Positions 30,684 through 46,414 of a stretch of 64,000 nt of DNA are shown here, in pieces. Every line of letters starts with the position of its first letter. Within the stretch, counting starts at the first letter, position 1. The notes beneath the pieces are model-generated. The model was not told where the DNA came from. It saw only the letters and a list, made by a program, of their open reading frames with translations, and ran no database searches. Both the position numbers and the translations under genes were made by a program. The DNA is taken from the NCBI RefSeq assembly GCF_009914755.1, contig NC_060932.1; one strand, written 5' to 3'. The DNA is from the human T2T-CHM13v2.0 reference genome, Homo sapiens.

Positions 30684-31386
30684 TGTGAGTTCCCTGAAAG
30701 TAGGGATTATGTCTTATTTATGTTAGAAATGCTTGTTCCTTATTGCCATAAAGAAATAGCACTTGAACATAAATTTAATTTCCTCAGCAAGGCCATTGTT
30801 ACTTTCTGCAGAAAGGGTACACCCACCAGCAGTTTTGCCACAAGAGTACACTGAACAAAGGAGACAGGGTCATTGATAACCTGACGTGCCCACCCTACTG
30901 CTGTGTCTGGTTTCCATTGGCTGGAACGGGACCTCACATTCTGTATTTGTCCCGATTGGTTAGCAACTTAGAACTTTTTAAAAGAGGCAAAGGCAGAGGA
31001 GAACAAAGGAAGGAGGAAGTAACTTGTGGAATGCTGAGAAAGGTAAAAACACCTTCAAATAAGGAAGAGGAATAGGCTATGACCTAATGCTTGCTTGGAC
31101 CAGTATAAGCATGCCAGGGCAAATATTTAGGCTAAACTGTGGGAGCTAAGAACATAAAGTTCATTGATTTCTTTATTACGTCTAGCAGATATTTAAGAAT
31201 GTTAGCACAGGTCTTTGAATAAATTTTGCTTCTAAGAGAAGTTACTGTTTATTCCTAATTAGATGGAGAGGAAAGTCTTTGAAGAGGAACCTCTGCTTTA
31301 CTTTTTACATTTATCTCTGGGACCCACAATTTTTGAACAATGCTTGGCACACAGTAAATATTCACAAACATCAGAAGGAATGGATG
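30684..31386 (+). mobile_element. L2 3' end split by an LTR (segments 30684-30720 and 31310-31386)
   Basis: tgtgagttccctgaaagtagggattatgtctta ... aatgcttggcacacagtaaatattcac...gaatggatg. Confidence 0.6.
30721..31309 (-). mobile_element. Solo ERV1 LTR (LTR10C-like, HERV-I family)
   Basis: TG...CA termini, 589 bp, 4-bp TSD ttta; the reverse strand begins tgtaaaaagtaaagcagaggttcctcttcaaagac as in recalled LTR10C. Confidence 0.85.
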
Positions 31387-32749
31387 TAGGAGAAATGGTT
31401 GTATTTTTGAGACATTGATGCACATTTTGATCATATATGTATGGTAGCAAAAATAAAACTGAAATTAATTCTCTATTGTTTCTAAGTACCTAAGTGATAG
31501 AATATGAGTACAGCAACTTAATTTACTGGGCTATGAGGGTAACCAAAAATAATTGGTTCCAAAATGATATATTTAATGCTTGTGTGTATAAAAATAATCC
31601 AAAAATATTGTGATTTGCCATAGTATCATTTTTTAAAATTATCATTAATTTCTAGAGATTTGTAGAGAAAAATACATTTCTAACAATATAAAAATTATTC
31701 ACAAAGAATAAGGTTATTACCCTTTACAGAAGAGAAGACAAAAGTAAATTATGAAGAAAGAAAAAATACTTTTGCTATAGTGGATTATAAGAATTTATAA
31801 TTTTAAGTAGAGCAACACATAGAAGGGTATCTATGTCTGATTAAGTGAATACAAACAATGACACATACATTATATTCTGAAATTTTTCAGCATCATCACT
31901 ATAAGTCATATAAACCTTGAGTCCAGAAGAAATGTGAAGATATTATCTGGAAGATTACCTCTAAGTGTTTTTTTAATGCATAACATTTTAAAAAGACAAA
32001 CACAAAACACATAAAAATGTTACTAGTATTTCAATGAGAGTGTCAAGATTGTGGGGAATTTTATCTTTCCTGTCTCTATTTTTCAATTTTTTATATAATT
32101 AAATATATGTAACATTTTTAAGATGCCATCTGGTTTAAAAAAGAAGTAACCACCCAATATACCCTATGATTATAGCCAGGTCATAGATTCAGCAATCTCA
32201 TACATACAGATGCACATTCCGTTTTCAAAGTCCTCAAGAAAAGGGATTTGCAATTAGCACCACCTGTTCAACAAGGGTGCTGTGATTCAGTATATCTGCC
32301 TTATTTGATAACCTTATATGCTCTCCTATCTTCTCCCCCCTGCTATCAAATGGAGCACCAGCCACAGGCAGTTGGCTAAACAGCCAGGGAAACTGATCTA
32401 GTCACTCGGGCATTTGCACATGTCTAAAACTCTTTATGTCCTTTTGTGATAAAATTACTCAAAACATAAAGAAAGGAAGTAGCAGCAATAAATCATGCTG
32501 GCATAGCACAGATTATTTATTCTGAACAGGATGGCTGTCAAAGGAACCTGCTGTCACAACATATGAGAGCACTTAAAATAATGAGAATTTCTGAAACAAC
32601 TTGAAAAGAGTAAAGAAAGACACTAACTGTCTCTGTTTGTTCCATAAGACAGTCTCAAAGAAAATGCAGGTGATGGCAAATTTGATCTGACATATTGAAG
32701 GTTAATAAAAAAGCAACATGATCTCCCAATGTGATTTTGCTAGTTTTTA

Positions 32750-33385
<636 letters not shown>

Positions 33386-33695
33386 TCTTCATTTTTTTTT
33401 TTTAAAAAGGAAGGAACTAGAGGTCATCAAGTATCAAGTTCAGACCTCTGCCTCTAGGGAGATCTATCACATTAACTAAATATCCTCTGATGACCTTCAG
33501 CACAAGGGTACAAGAGAGATTTTTCTCAGTGTCTTAAGAGAAAAGAAATTTAAGAGGGAAAAAATGGTCAATTAAATCCAGAATAGACTAAGTTAATGTT
33601 AATTGTAAAAAGAGACTCACTTCTAAGGACCTCTCTAGTTTAAAAGGCTAAAAGCTACAAACCCATAGTAAGCAAAACCCACAAACAAAACCCAT

Positions 33696-34130
33696 TATGA
33701 TAGTTAATTTGATGTGTCAACTTGACTGGCCAAGGGGGGCCCAGATTAAACATTATCTTGAGGTGTGTCTGTGAATGTGTTTCCAGTTGAGATTAGCATT
33801 TGAAAGGCTGAACTCAGTAAAGTGAATTGCCCTGCCAATGTGTGTTGCATTATGCAATCAGTTGAGGGCTTGAAGAAAATAAAAGGCAGAGGAAGGAGGA
33901 ATTCTCCCCATTTGCTGGCTGCCTGCCTGCTTGCTTAAGCTAGGACATCTCATCTTCTCAGACCCTCGGACTGAGATCTGTACCATCAGCTCCACTAGTT
34001 CTCACACCTTCAGACTCTGACTGAGTTACACCACTGATTTCCTAGCTCGCAAATGGCAGACTGTGGGACTTCTTAGCCTCCATAATCATGTGAGCCAATT
34101 CCTCCTAATAACTCTCCCTTTATATATATG
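33696..34130 (+). mobile_element. ERVL LTR (MLT2B-like)
   Basis: tatgatagttaatttgatgtgtcaacttgactggcc...gattagcatttgaa...cttagcctccataatcatgtgagccaattcc. Confidence 0.85.
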
Positions 34131-34274
34131 ACAAGGTTTATTATAAGAATTTCTTTTGCTTACTGTCACCGTGAAATTCTTGAGGGAATAATCTAACTTT
34201 GCTATACATGTGTATATAGGTAATATTAATAGTGGATATCATTTGCTTGTGGGATTTTATTCTATTTAATACAC

Positions 34275-34400
34275 AAACATTTTTATATGATGACTTACTG
34301 TATATCAGGCACTATTCTAAGTATTTACAAATATTAATTCATTTAATCCTCTTACCTCTATATGGTAGGGATTCTTATTATCCTCAATTTAAAAGATAAG
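34275..34400 (-). mobile_element. MIR fragment
   Basis: caggcactattctaagtatttaca...catttaatcctc...ttattatcctcaattt. Confidence 0.65.
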
Positions 34401-34779
34401 TCTTACGAGTGGTTTTCATCTTTATACATATCTGTATTTTCTGATTTTAACCAATGAATATTTACAGATACATACATACATACACACAAAAATAAATAAA
34501 ATGGTGCACAGAAAATACTAAGCCCCTTTTTGGCAGAAGAATATGGAAGGGTAAAGGAAATAAAGGAAATATGTAAAAACAGCATTTTTACTTTTTAAAT
34601 AGAATCAGTTTATATCCTGTCAGATTCTTTAATCTAATTAAGTTTTGTTTCTTACTTCAACTGGCTGTCTTTCTTGTTCATCCTGCTACTAACTCATACA
34701 GTGTTTTTAGGGGGAAGGAGGTTGGATATGTAAAGGGCTGGGGCAGGGGTGTTTGTTTATTTTGCAGTATAATGCAACC

Positions 34780-34824
34780 TTTTTTTTTTTATTATACTTT
34801 AAGTTCTAGGGTACATGTGCACAA
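34780..34824 (-). mobile_element. Extremely short L1PA4/5-like 3' tip with poly(A)
   Basis: ttttttttttt attatactttaagttctagggtacatgtgcacaa. Confidence 0.8.
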
Positions 34825-34833
34825 ACAAAATTG

Positions 34834-35677
34834 TCCATCAATAACATTTTTTAAGCACCTACTATATCAGGCACAAAGTTGAGGCACTTAAGGAGTACTG
34901 AATAAGGTAGATACTAAGACTTAAAGTATCCTGCCCACAATGAGTTCACATTCTGGTTGAAGAGCTACATTCTAGAACAGAGCACTAAGAAGGCAGAAAT
35001 AAAAAATGGATTTAATAATAGAACATTTAGCTTTTGTCTTTTTATTCATACAATAGCATAAAATCAAGGATAGGATTCTTTACATTACCTAACACAGTAA
35101 CTTAAAGTTTACAAAATGCTTTCCCATGTATTAATTTGTTTAGTCCTCACAACAACATATAAAGGGAGAATTATTTCTAATGATAAAGACCGTTTAACAT
35201 AGTATGAACCAAAGCTTGAATAGTTTGAATGACATCTCGAGATCACAGTGATAAAGGGTACAATGATGAAAAAAAGCAAAGTGAGTGAAAATTATGTTAA
35301 TTCAGCAAACATTTAACAGAAATTTATTGAATGCAGGCAGGTCTGACATACTTATAATTTACATCAATGAACTAAATAGTTTGTATTCCTGCTGGCTTTG
35401 TAACATTATTCTGCTTTTATGATAGATAGTTGTATACATACATGAATACATTATATAATATATATAAAATGTAGACATACATTTATTATGTGTATGTGTG
35501 TATATATTATATATATACACACACTAGTAAATTGTTCATATATTTATCTTTTCTCAATAGGGTATGAACTCCTTGAGAATAGGAAACATGTTTCATTCAT
35601 CTTTATGACTTCAAGACCTAACACAATACCTGTCACATAATAAGTATGTGATAAATGTTGTAAGTGCATAAGTGAAT
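34834..35677. mobile_element. Cluster of L2 (34834-34960 minus; 35560-35677 plus) and MIR (35085-35250 minus) relics
   Basis: aagcacctactatatcaggcac...cctgcccacaatgagttcacattct; tagtcctcacaacaac; tgaactccttgagaatagg...ataaatgttg. Confidence 0.55.
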
Positions 35678-36217
35678 TATAAATTTCTTTATATTTTACC
35701 ACTTTAGATGGTACATTATCTGAAACATAGGGATACAGTTTAATTTAAATATATATGTTAACTGTCATGAGAATGTTTCATTCAGATATTTGTATTAACA
35801 GAATTGTTGAATGTTGAAAACCTGAGTTTTGATTCATAGATTGAAGATATTCAATTCTTAATAAAGCATGGTTACAAAGCTGTCAACCTCTTCTGTTACC
35901 AACTAATTACAATCACTCTCTACTGCCAGTTTTTGTTTGATGTGTATAAAAAATGAATAGGGCAGTCATTGAAGAAGCAATATACTAGCAGCAGTCAAGA
36001 AAGAAAAATGTAATAATAATAATAACAAAATATTCCAGACTAACTGCAAAAATATGAACAGCAAACAATTATTACAATAATGTAATGTAGCACACAACAT
36101 AAAAAACTACAAACAAGTTAAAATTATTCCAAACAGCTGTTGCACATAAAAGTGACACAACTGAATGTTTTCCAGTAATGCATATATTGATCTAATACCA
36201 TAAAAAATATTGATGTC

Positions 36218-37282
36218 TATCGGGGGAACCAGCCCCCAATATTTCCACGTAGGTTCTTTCTATTTTCCCTAAATGTCAGCTGGTCTGAGAAATAAAGAGA
36301 AAGAGTACAAAGAGAGAAATTTTACAGCTGGGCCTCCGGGGGTGTCATCACATATTGGTAGGACCATGATGGCGACCTTGAGCCGCAAAACCAGCAAGTT
36401 TTTTATTAGGGATTTTAAAAGGGGAGGGGGGGTGTACAAACAGGAAGTAGGTCACAAGGATCACATGCTTCAAAGGGCAATAAAGATCCCAAGGCAAGGC
36501 AAAATTAGAATTACTGATGAGGGTCTATGTCCCGCTGTGCATGCATTGTCTTGATAAACATCTTAACAGGAAACAGGGTTTTAGAGCAGACAAACAGTCT
36601 GACTAGAATTTACCAGGCTGGAATTTCCCAATCCTACTAAGCCTGAGGGTACTGCAGGAGACCAGGGTGTATTTCAGTCCTTATCTCAACTGCATAAGAC
36701 AGACACTCCCAGAGCGGCCATCTATAGACCTACCCCAGGAATGCATTCCTTCCCCAGGGTTTCAATTATTAATATTCCTTGCTGGGAAAAGAATTCAGCA
36801 ATATGTCTCCTACTTGCACATCCGTTTATAGGCTCCCTGCAAGAAGAAAAATATGGCTTTATTCTGCCCGACCCCGCAGGCAGTCAGACTTTCTGGTTAT
36901 CTTCCCTTGTTCCCTGAAAATCACTGTTATTCTGTTCTTTTTCAGGGTGCACTGATTTCATATTGTTCAAACACACATGTTTTACAATCCATTTGTACAA
37001 TAGTGGTCCTGAGGTGATGTACGTTTTCAGTTTATGAACATAACGTGATTAAGAGATTAAAGACAGGCATAAGAAATTATAAGAGTATTGATTGGGGAAG
37101 TGATAAATGTCCATGAAATCTTCACAATTTATGTTCAGAGACTGCAGTAAAGACAGGCATAAGAAATTATAAAAGTATTAATTTGGGGAACTGATAAATG
37201 TCCATGAAATCTTCACAATTTATGTTCTTCTGCCTCGGCTCCAGCCGGTCCCTCCATTCAGGGTCCCTGACTTCCCACAACA
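36218..37282 (-). mobile_element. Solo ERV2 LTR (MER11, HERV-K11/HML-8)
   Basis: 1065 bp; perfect 6-bp TSD gatgtc (36212-36217, 37283-37288); the reverse strand begins tgttgtgggaagtcagggaccc; internal ~80-bp duplication near 37058-37226. Confidence 0.9.
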
Positions 37283-37951
37283 GATGTCCTTTAAGAGTTC
37301 ATCAAGAAAGTAAAAAGAGGGATCAGTTTTACAATGGAGAACTACTGACTTAACATGTTATAACATAATGATTGTCAACCCAAAGTAGTAATCAGTTAAG
37401 ATCATTTTATTTGGTGTAGAAAAAATAATCATTTATACCTTTCTTCATGCTTTAAATTTAGATGAAGCATACTTTGGGTGCTTTTAATTTATGTTAATCT
37501 AGTGCCTTTCAAAACCTAAATGCGCCTGCTCCTTTATGTAACTGGGTGGTGAATTTACAACTCTCTTCATGGATTCAGGCTCTCCAGAGTTACTGAACAA
37601 CTGCATGCATGCTATCTAGACCTCAGACAATTTCACAATCAAGAGTTACCTATAATTAATTTTGTATAATCATTATAATATTAGCAAATTAGGTACTTTA
37701 TATAAGGCATTGGGGAAAATAAACAGGTGAGGAAACAAAACATTAAGAGAACAAAAAAGAAACTATGGCTGGTTCCAGACAAGTTGGGTATGCACACTCC
37801 ACTTTATTTTCTCTACTAATTACAATTTTAAAACTCTAGACAAAATTCAAAAAGCAACTAATAGAAGACCTTACAAGAGAAAGAAAATAAAGTGGACTGG
37901 ATAGGAACTTCAAGAGAAAACCCCTGGGAGTGAGTGGGAGTGAGATCCCTG

Positions 37952-38350
<399 letters not shown>

Positions 38351-40019
38351 TAAAAAAAAAAAAAAAAAAGGTCCCAAGGAAAGCCTGCTGTCTCTAGCTA
38401 AAGGACCAGAAAAAGGACAGCCAACAGAACAAAAACATTTTGATTATACTTGCCTGCTCCAGGAAAATAGCATGAAAAGAGATAGACTCCTTCCCCTCCC
38501 CATGGAGCACTGCAGCTACCCAGATTGTGAGCAGAGGTCTGTCCACCAACCACAGCCTGAAAAACAAAGCAGCAACCTCTCCATACCTGTGGGAATTGTG
38601 GTAAGAGCCCTTTTATCCTTGCCCTGCAATAGTGAGAGAGGCCCCTGTTCCCAGATGCAGGCTCTCAGCAGAAACTATATTGCATCCTTGCCCTTCAGTA
38701 ATGAGATAGTACCCCTTTGCCCCTACCCTGCACCTGACTCAACTGGGTGCTGCAGCCAACAGATTGTGGATAGACCCTCTCCTCCATCCCCATGATGCAA
38801 TAATGAGCCAGAATACCATATCCTCTCAATTAGAGAGCTGAAGGAGGATTACTGAGAGGGTTAGAGGGAAGAATTTTTATAATCTGCATATGAAGTCCTG
38901 GACAGATCCCTGAACAGACAATGCATGAAGCTGACCAAAATCAAAACAGCAAACGCTTTAAGAACTCAGCAGTGGTATAGAATAACTCCCGGATTTTAGA
39001 TTGACTTCGGGATAACACATAAGTGGGGCAGACCAGAAGCATGTTGGAAAGGCTTTGAGAACTAAACTGACATTTGAACTGCAGCCCACAAAAATAAGCT
39101 AAGAAATGTATATGCAACCTAACAGGAAGTAAAAAAATAGGAAGAAGGGTGTCATAAAATAATATGTAAAAGGTACAGGATACCATTTAAAACTACTTGT
39201 CATATTGAGAACTAGGAAAATTTCAATTCCAATGAAAAAATACAATTAACATATGCCAACACTAAGATGATATAGATGATGATTAATTCCAAATATTTTA
39301 AAGCAGTTATCATTAAAAGGCTATCACTTTAGAAGTAAAAAATGCAATAACCAAAACAAAAACCACACTAGATGAGCTCAATAGCAGGACAAGATGAAAT
39401 AGGAAATAAACTATAAACTTGAAACCTGAGTAATACCAATTTTAAAATCTGATGAACAGAAAAAACAAATTAACAAATGAACCATCTTGGATACTCTGGC
39501 AGTACAAAGGAAGGCAGGGAGAGGGGGAGTAAAATACCTAACATATGTGTCCTCAGAGTCCCAGAAAAAAAGAACAGTACAAAACTAAAAAAAAAATTTT
39601 AAGAAATATGAGCAAAAGCTTCACAAATTGGGGGAAAGTCATAAACATACAGATTCAAGAAACTGAGTGAACCAATATCAGGCCAAACCAAAAGAAATTC
39701 AGGCTGAGACACATCATAATCAAATTTCTGAAAACTGAAGACAAAAAAAAAAAAAAAATCTTGAAAGCAGCTAGAAAGAAATGATGCCTAACATAGGAGT
39801 AATAATAGTTTGACTAGAAGAACAATAGCAGATTTTTTTGAATGATAGCAGATTTCTCATCAAAACCCATAAAGACTGGAAGTAAATGGTTACATTTTTT
39901 GAAATGCTGTAACAAAAGTACTATAAATTCAAAATCTTAAATCTAGCAAAAATATCCTTCAAGAGTTAAGGTGAAATGCAAAGCATTCTCAGATGAAGGA
40001 AATCTAAGAACATTTGTCA

Positions 40020-40198
<179 letters not shown>

Positions 40199-42029
40199 GA
40201 AACAAAGATGTCTACATGCTACTTACAGTAGTAAGATGTTGAAAGACTATGATAAGTCACACACACACAAACACACACACATATTCCTAGAAAACTATGA
40301 AAAGAGATGTGCCAAAAACAGTATAGATAAAATAAAATGAAATACTAGAATATTAAAATATGCTGCAGTAACCCACAAAAGAACAGGAAAAAAGGAACCA
40401 AAAAAAGAAAAACAGTGAGAACAGGTGGAACACAGCCCAAAATATCATTCTAATGAGCAGTGAATTGAGCTATTTTTTTTATTTTAATATGCTTGTTGGC
40501 TGCACATATGTCTTCTTTTGAGAAGTGTCTGTTCATGTTCTCTGCCCACTTTTTAATGGGCTTGCCTGTTTTTCTCTTGTAAATTTGGTTAAGTTACTTG
40601 TAGATGTTGGATATTAGATCTTTGTCAGATGCATAGTTCACAAATATTTTCTCCCATTCTGTAGGTTGTCTGTTTACTCTGTTGATAGTTTCTTTTGCTG
40701 TGCAGAAACTGTTAAGTTTAATTAGATCCCATTTGTCAATTTTTGCTTTTGTTGCAATTCCTTTGGTGTCTTTGCCATGAAATCTTTGCCTGTTCCTATG
40801 TCCAGGATGGTATTGCCTCGGTTTTCTTCCAGGGTTTTTATAATTTTGGGTTTTATATTTAAGTCTTTAATCCATCTTGAGTTGATTGTTGTATACAGTG
40901 TAAGGAAGGGGTAAGGAAGGGGTCCTGCTTCAATCTTCTGCTTATGGCTAGCCAGTTAACCCAGTATCATTTATTGCGTAGAGATTCTTTTCCACATTGC
41001 TTATTTTTGTACGTTTTGTTGAAGATCAGATGGCTGTAGATGTGCAGCCTTATTTCTGGGCTCACTATTCTGTTTCATTGGTCTATGTGCTAGTTTTTGT
41101 ACCAGTACCGAGCTGTTTGGTCACTGTAGCCTTGTAGTATAGTTCAAAGTCAGGTAATGTGATGCCACTGGCTTTTTTCTCTTCACCTAGGATTGCCTTG
41201 GCTATTTGGCCTCTTTTTTGGTTCCATGTGAATTTTAAAATAGATTGTTCTAGTTCTGTGAAGAATGTCATTAGTAGTTTGATAAAAATAGCACTGAATC
41301 TAGATTGCTTTGGGTAGTATGGGCATTTTAATGATACTGATTCTTCCTATCCATGAACATGGGATGATTTTACACTTGTTTTTGTCTTCTCTGATTTCGT
41401 TGAGCAGTGTTTTGTAATTCTCCTTGTAGAGACCTTTTACCTTCCTGGTTAGCTGTATTCTTAGGTATTTTATTCTGTTTGTGGCTGCTCTGAATTAAAC
41501 TGTTCTTGACTTGGCTCTCAGCTTGGACATTGTTGGTGTATAAAAATACTGTTGACTTTTGTATGTTGATTTGGTGTCCTAAAACTTTGCTGAAGTTGTT
41601 TGCTAGATCTGAGCTTTTGTGTAGAGACTATGGGGTTTTCTAGGTGTGGAATAATATAGTTGGCAAATGGAGATAGTTTGACCTCATCTTCTTCTATTTA
41701 TATGCATTTTATTTCTTTCTCTTGCCTGATTTCTGTAGCTAGGACTTGCAGTACTGTGTTCAATAGGAGTAGTGAGAGAGGGCATCCTTGTCTTGTGTCA
41801 GTTTTCAAGGGGAATGCTTCCAGCTTTTGCTCATTCAGTATAATGTTGGCTGTGGGTTTGTCATAGATGACTCTTATTATTTTACGGTGTGCTCCTTCAT
41901 TTCCTAGTAGAGTTTTTAACATGAAAGAATGTTGAATTTTATCAAAAGCCTTTTCTACCTCTATTGAGATAATCATGTGTTTTTTTGTCTTCAGTTCAGC
42001 TTATGTGATGAATCATATTTATTGATTGC

Positions 42030-42992
<963 letters not shown>

Positions 42993-44669
42993 TGATCATG
43001 GTGGATTAGCTTTTTGTTGTGCTGCTGGATTCAGTTTGCAAGTATTTTGCTGATTTTTATATCATGTTCATCAACAATTTTGGCCTGAAGTTTTCTTTTT
43101 CTCTTGTCTCTTCCAGGTTTTGGTATCAAGATGATGCTGGCCTCACAAAATGAATTGGGAGGTGTCTTCCCCCCTCAGTTATTTCATATAGTTTCTGTAG
43201 GAATGGTACTATGTCTTTGGACATCTAGTAGAATTTCACTGTGAATCCATCAGGTCTTGGGCATTTTTTGATTTTCAGGCTATTTATTACTGACTCAATT
43301 TTGGAGCTCATTATTGGTCCATTCGGGGAATCAGTTTCTTCCTGGCTCTGTCTTGGAAGGGTGTATGTGTCCAGGAATTTATCCATCTCTTCTGAGTTAT
43401 TTTGTTTGTGTGCGTAGAGGTTTTTGTAGTAGTTTCTGATGGTTGTTCCTATTTCTGTGGCATCAGTAGTAACATTCCCTTCATCATTTCTAATTGTTTT
43501 TATTTGGATGTTCTCTTTTCTTTATTAGTCTAGTTAGTGGCCTATTAATTTTTTCAAAAAATCAACTGCTGGATTTGTTGATCTTTTGAATAATTTTTCG
43601 TGTCTTGATTTCCCTCAATTCAGCTCCGATTTTTGTTATTTCTCATCTTCTGCTAGCTTTGGGGTTGATTTGTTCTTGCTTCTCTAATTTTGATTCAGTT
43701 GTGAAGCTAGGTTGTTAATTTGAGATCTTTCTTACTTTTGATGTAGGTTTTTAGTGCTGTGAATTTCCCTCTTAACACTGCCTTAGTTTTGTCCCAAAGA
43801 CTCTGGTAAGTTGTATCTTTGTTTTCATTATTTTCAAAGAACTTCTTGATTTCTGCCTTAATTTCGTTATTTACTCAAAAGTCATTCAGGAGCATTTTGT
43901 TTAATTTCCATGTAATTGTATTGTTTCGAGCGACTTTCATTGTGTTGACTTGTATTTTTATTGTTCTATGACCTGACAGTGTGTTTGGTGTGATTTCAGT
44001 TCTTTTACATTTGTTGAGGATTATTTTATGTTTAATTATGTGGTTGATTTTAGAGTATGTTCCATGTAGTGAGGAAAAGAATGTATATTCTGTTGTTTTT
44101 GAGTGAAAACTTCTGTAAAGGTTTATCAGATCCATTTGGTACAATGCTGAGTTCGGGTTCTGAATATCTTTGTTAGTTTTCTTGTCAGTGATCTGTCTAA
44201 TTCTGTCAGTGGAGTGTTGAAATCTCCCACTGTTATTGTTTGATAGTCTATGTCTCTGTAATTCTCTAGGAACTTGCTTTATGAATCTGGTTGCTCCTGT
44301 GTTGGGTGCATACGTATTTACAATAGTTAGGTCTTCTTGTTGAATTGAACTCTTTACCGTTATGTAATTCCCTTCCTTGTCTTTTTTGATTTTTGTTGTC
44401 TTGAAATCTGTTCTGTCTGAAATGAGGATTGTCAACCCTGCTTTTTTTTTCTGTTTTTCATTTGCTTGGTAGATTTTTCTTCATCCCTTTATTCTGAGCC
44501 TATGAGTGTCATTATGTGTGAGATGGGCCTCTTGAAGACACCATACCATTGGGTCTTTTTTATCCAGCTTGCTACTCTATGCTGTTTAAGTGGGGCATTT
44601 AGCCCATTTACATTCAAGGTTAGTATTGCTATATGTGGATTTGATCCTGTCATTGTGCTGTTGGTTGAT

Positions 44670-44743
44670 TATTATGTTGGCCTGTTTGTATGGTTATTAT
44701 GTTGGCTTGTTTGTGTGTTATTATGTTGCTTGTTTGTGTGGCT
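44670..44743. repeat. ~24-bp tandem repeat x3 (ttattatgttggcttgtttgtgtg) in the L1 inter-ORF region
   Basis: Read directly from the sequence. Confidence 0.8.
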
Positions 44744-46414
44744 TGTTTTACAGTAACAGTGGTCTTTGTGTTTATGTTTGTTTTTGTATTAGGTGGTAGT
44801 GGTCTTTCTTTTCTATATTAGTGCTTCTTTCAAGATGTCTTGTGAGGCAGGTTTGGTGGTAAGGAAGTTTCTTAACATTTTCTTATCTGAAAAGACAGAG
44901 AGGCTTTCAGTTGTCCCTGGAGGCTCTGTCCAGGGAGTTGCTGAGTTGGTACTGACTGGATCCATAGCTCTGGTGGGGTGTGGTTGGAGGCCCAGGCCTG
45001 GATGACCCACCCAGTGAGGAGATATGGGAATGGGCACCGACATAACACTCTGGCCACTTTTCCATAGGGCTGCTTCAGTATGCTTGGTGCCCTTTCTAGT
45101 CCCTAGTCACCTCGGATCTTCCAGAACCTGGAGGTGTCACCAGTGAAGGCTGTGAAACAGCGAAGGTAACAGCCTGTTCCTCCCTCTGGGAGCTTTGTCA
45201 CAGGGAGGTACTGACCCCTTATTGTCCCAAAGACACCTGCAGGAAGTGGCTGGAGACCCCAGTTAGGAGGTCCTGCCCAGTGAGGAGGAGCAGGATCAGT
45301 ACCTGCTTAAGAAAGAAGTTTGGCCACATTTTGGCGGAGCAGCTGAGCTGTGCTGGGGTTCCACCTCAGCCCCCAGTCATGTCACGCACTCTGAAGCCTA
45401 AAGGCTGGAATGGCTAAGTTGTCCAAACAGCAAAGATGGCAGCCTACCCCTTCCTCTAGGAGCACTGTACTAGGGGGAATTTAGATCTCTTTTGGCTGGA
45501 GAGCTTGGGCAGGGGGTAGTTGGAGGCCTTAGTTGGGAGGTCTTGCCCAGTGAGGAGAAACAGGATCAGGTACTCCCTTAAAGCAGCAGTCTGGCCTCAT
45601 TTTGGTAGGGCAGCTGTGCTGTGCTGGTGGATCCCTTCTACTCCAGGTCAGCTCACACTCTCCAAAGTGTAAAGGCTGGAACGGCTAAGATGCCTTAACA
45701 GCAAAGATGGTGGTATGCCCCACTGCCTGGGAGCTCCTTCTTAGGTAGGTGCAATGCTGCTACTGGTAGCTGGCTGGAATTTCAAGCCAGTGGGTTTTAT
45801 CTTGTGAGGTGCTGTGGAAGTGGGGCCTGCGGGCTGTTGCTGCTCAGTGCCCTGGAGTCAGTCTCTTTCCTAGGGGTGTGCACAGAAGTCTAACCTCCCA
45901 GTTTGCTGGAACTGCAGCTACTTTTGTCAGAAATTGTAAGTATCTATCACTCTGGGGTGTCTATGCATGCCAGAGCAGCTGCTCTGCCGAGACTCCATGT
46001 AGCTCTTTTTGTCAGACTGAAGGCCCTGGTTGAGTGGGTTCACAAGGAGATCTCCTAACTGAAGGTTGTATAGATCTGTGGGAGAAACATGGTTTCTCCC
46101 CTGGGAAGGGTCACTCATTCACTCACTGCTTCTTTGTGCAGGGGAGAATCCCCTGGGTCTGTGTTGCTCCCAGGTGGGCCGTTGTCCTGTCTTGCTTTTC
46201 TTCATTCTCTTTGGGTCAGGTTGTTTTCCTGATTAATTTCAGTGCAAGTACCTGGATGTTATCGTCGAAGGTGTTGCTATTTATTTGGCCCTTCCTTTCC
46301 TTTCCTTGAGAGCCATGCGTACTAGCTGCTTCTAGTTGGCAATCTTGGCCACTCCCTTGCTTTTTTTCTATAACCCACCCCCGCACCCCCCCCCCCCCAC
46401 ACACACACACATAC

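Noticed and set aside
44885-44910. 5'UTR-ORF1 junction as a spliced, re-integrated L1
   Set aside because: The pyrimidine tract and AG (tcttttcag) are retained and no GT donor is apparent at the breakpoint; a plain deletion fits better.
44985-45740. ~270-bp repeated units (also ~59950-60420) as an array or CRISPR-like structure
   Set aside because: Degenerate tandem units intrinsic to older L1PA 5' UTRs; no repeat-spacer architecture or cas genes.
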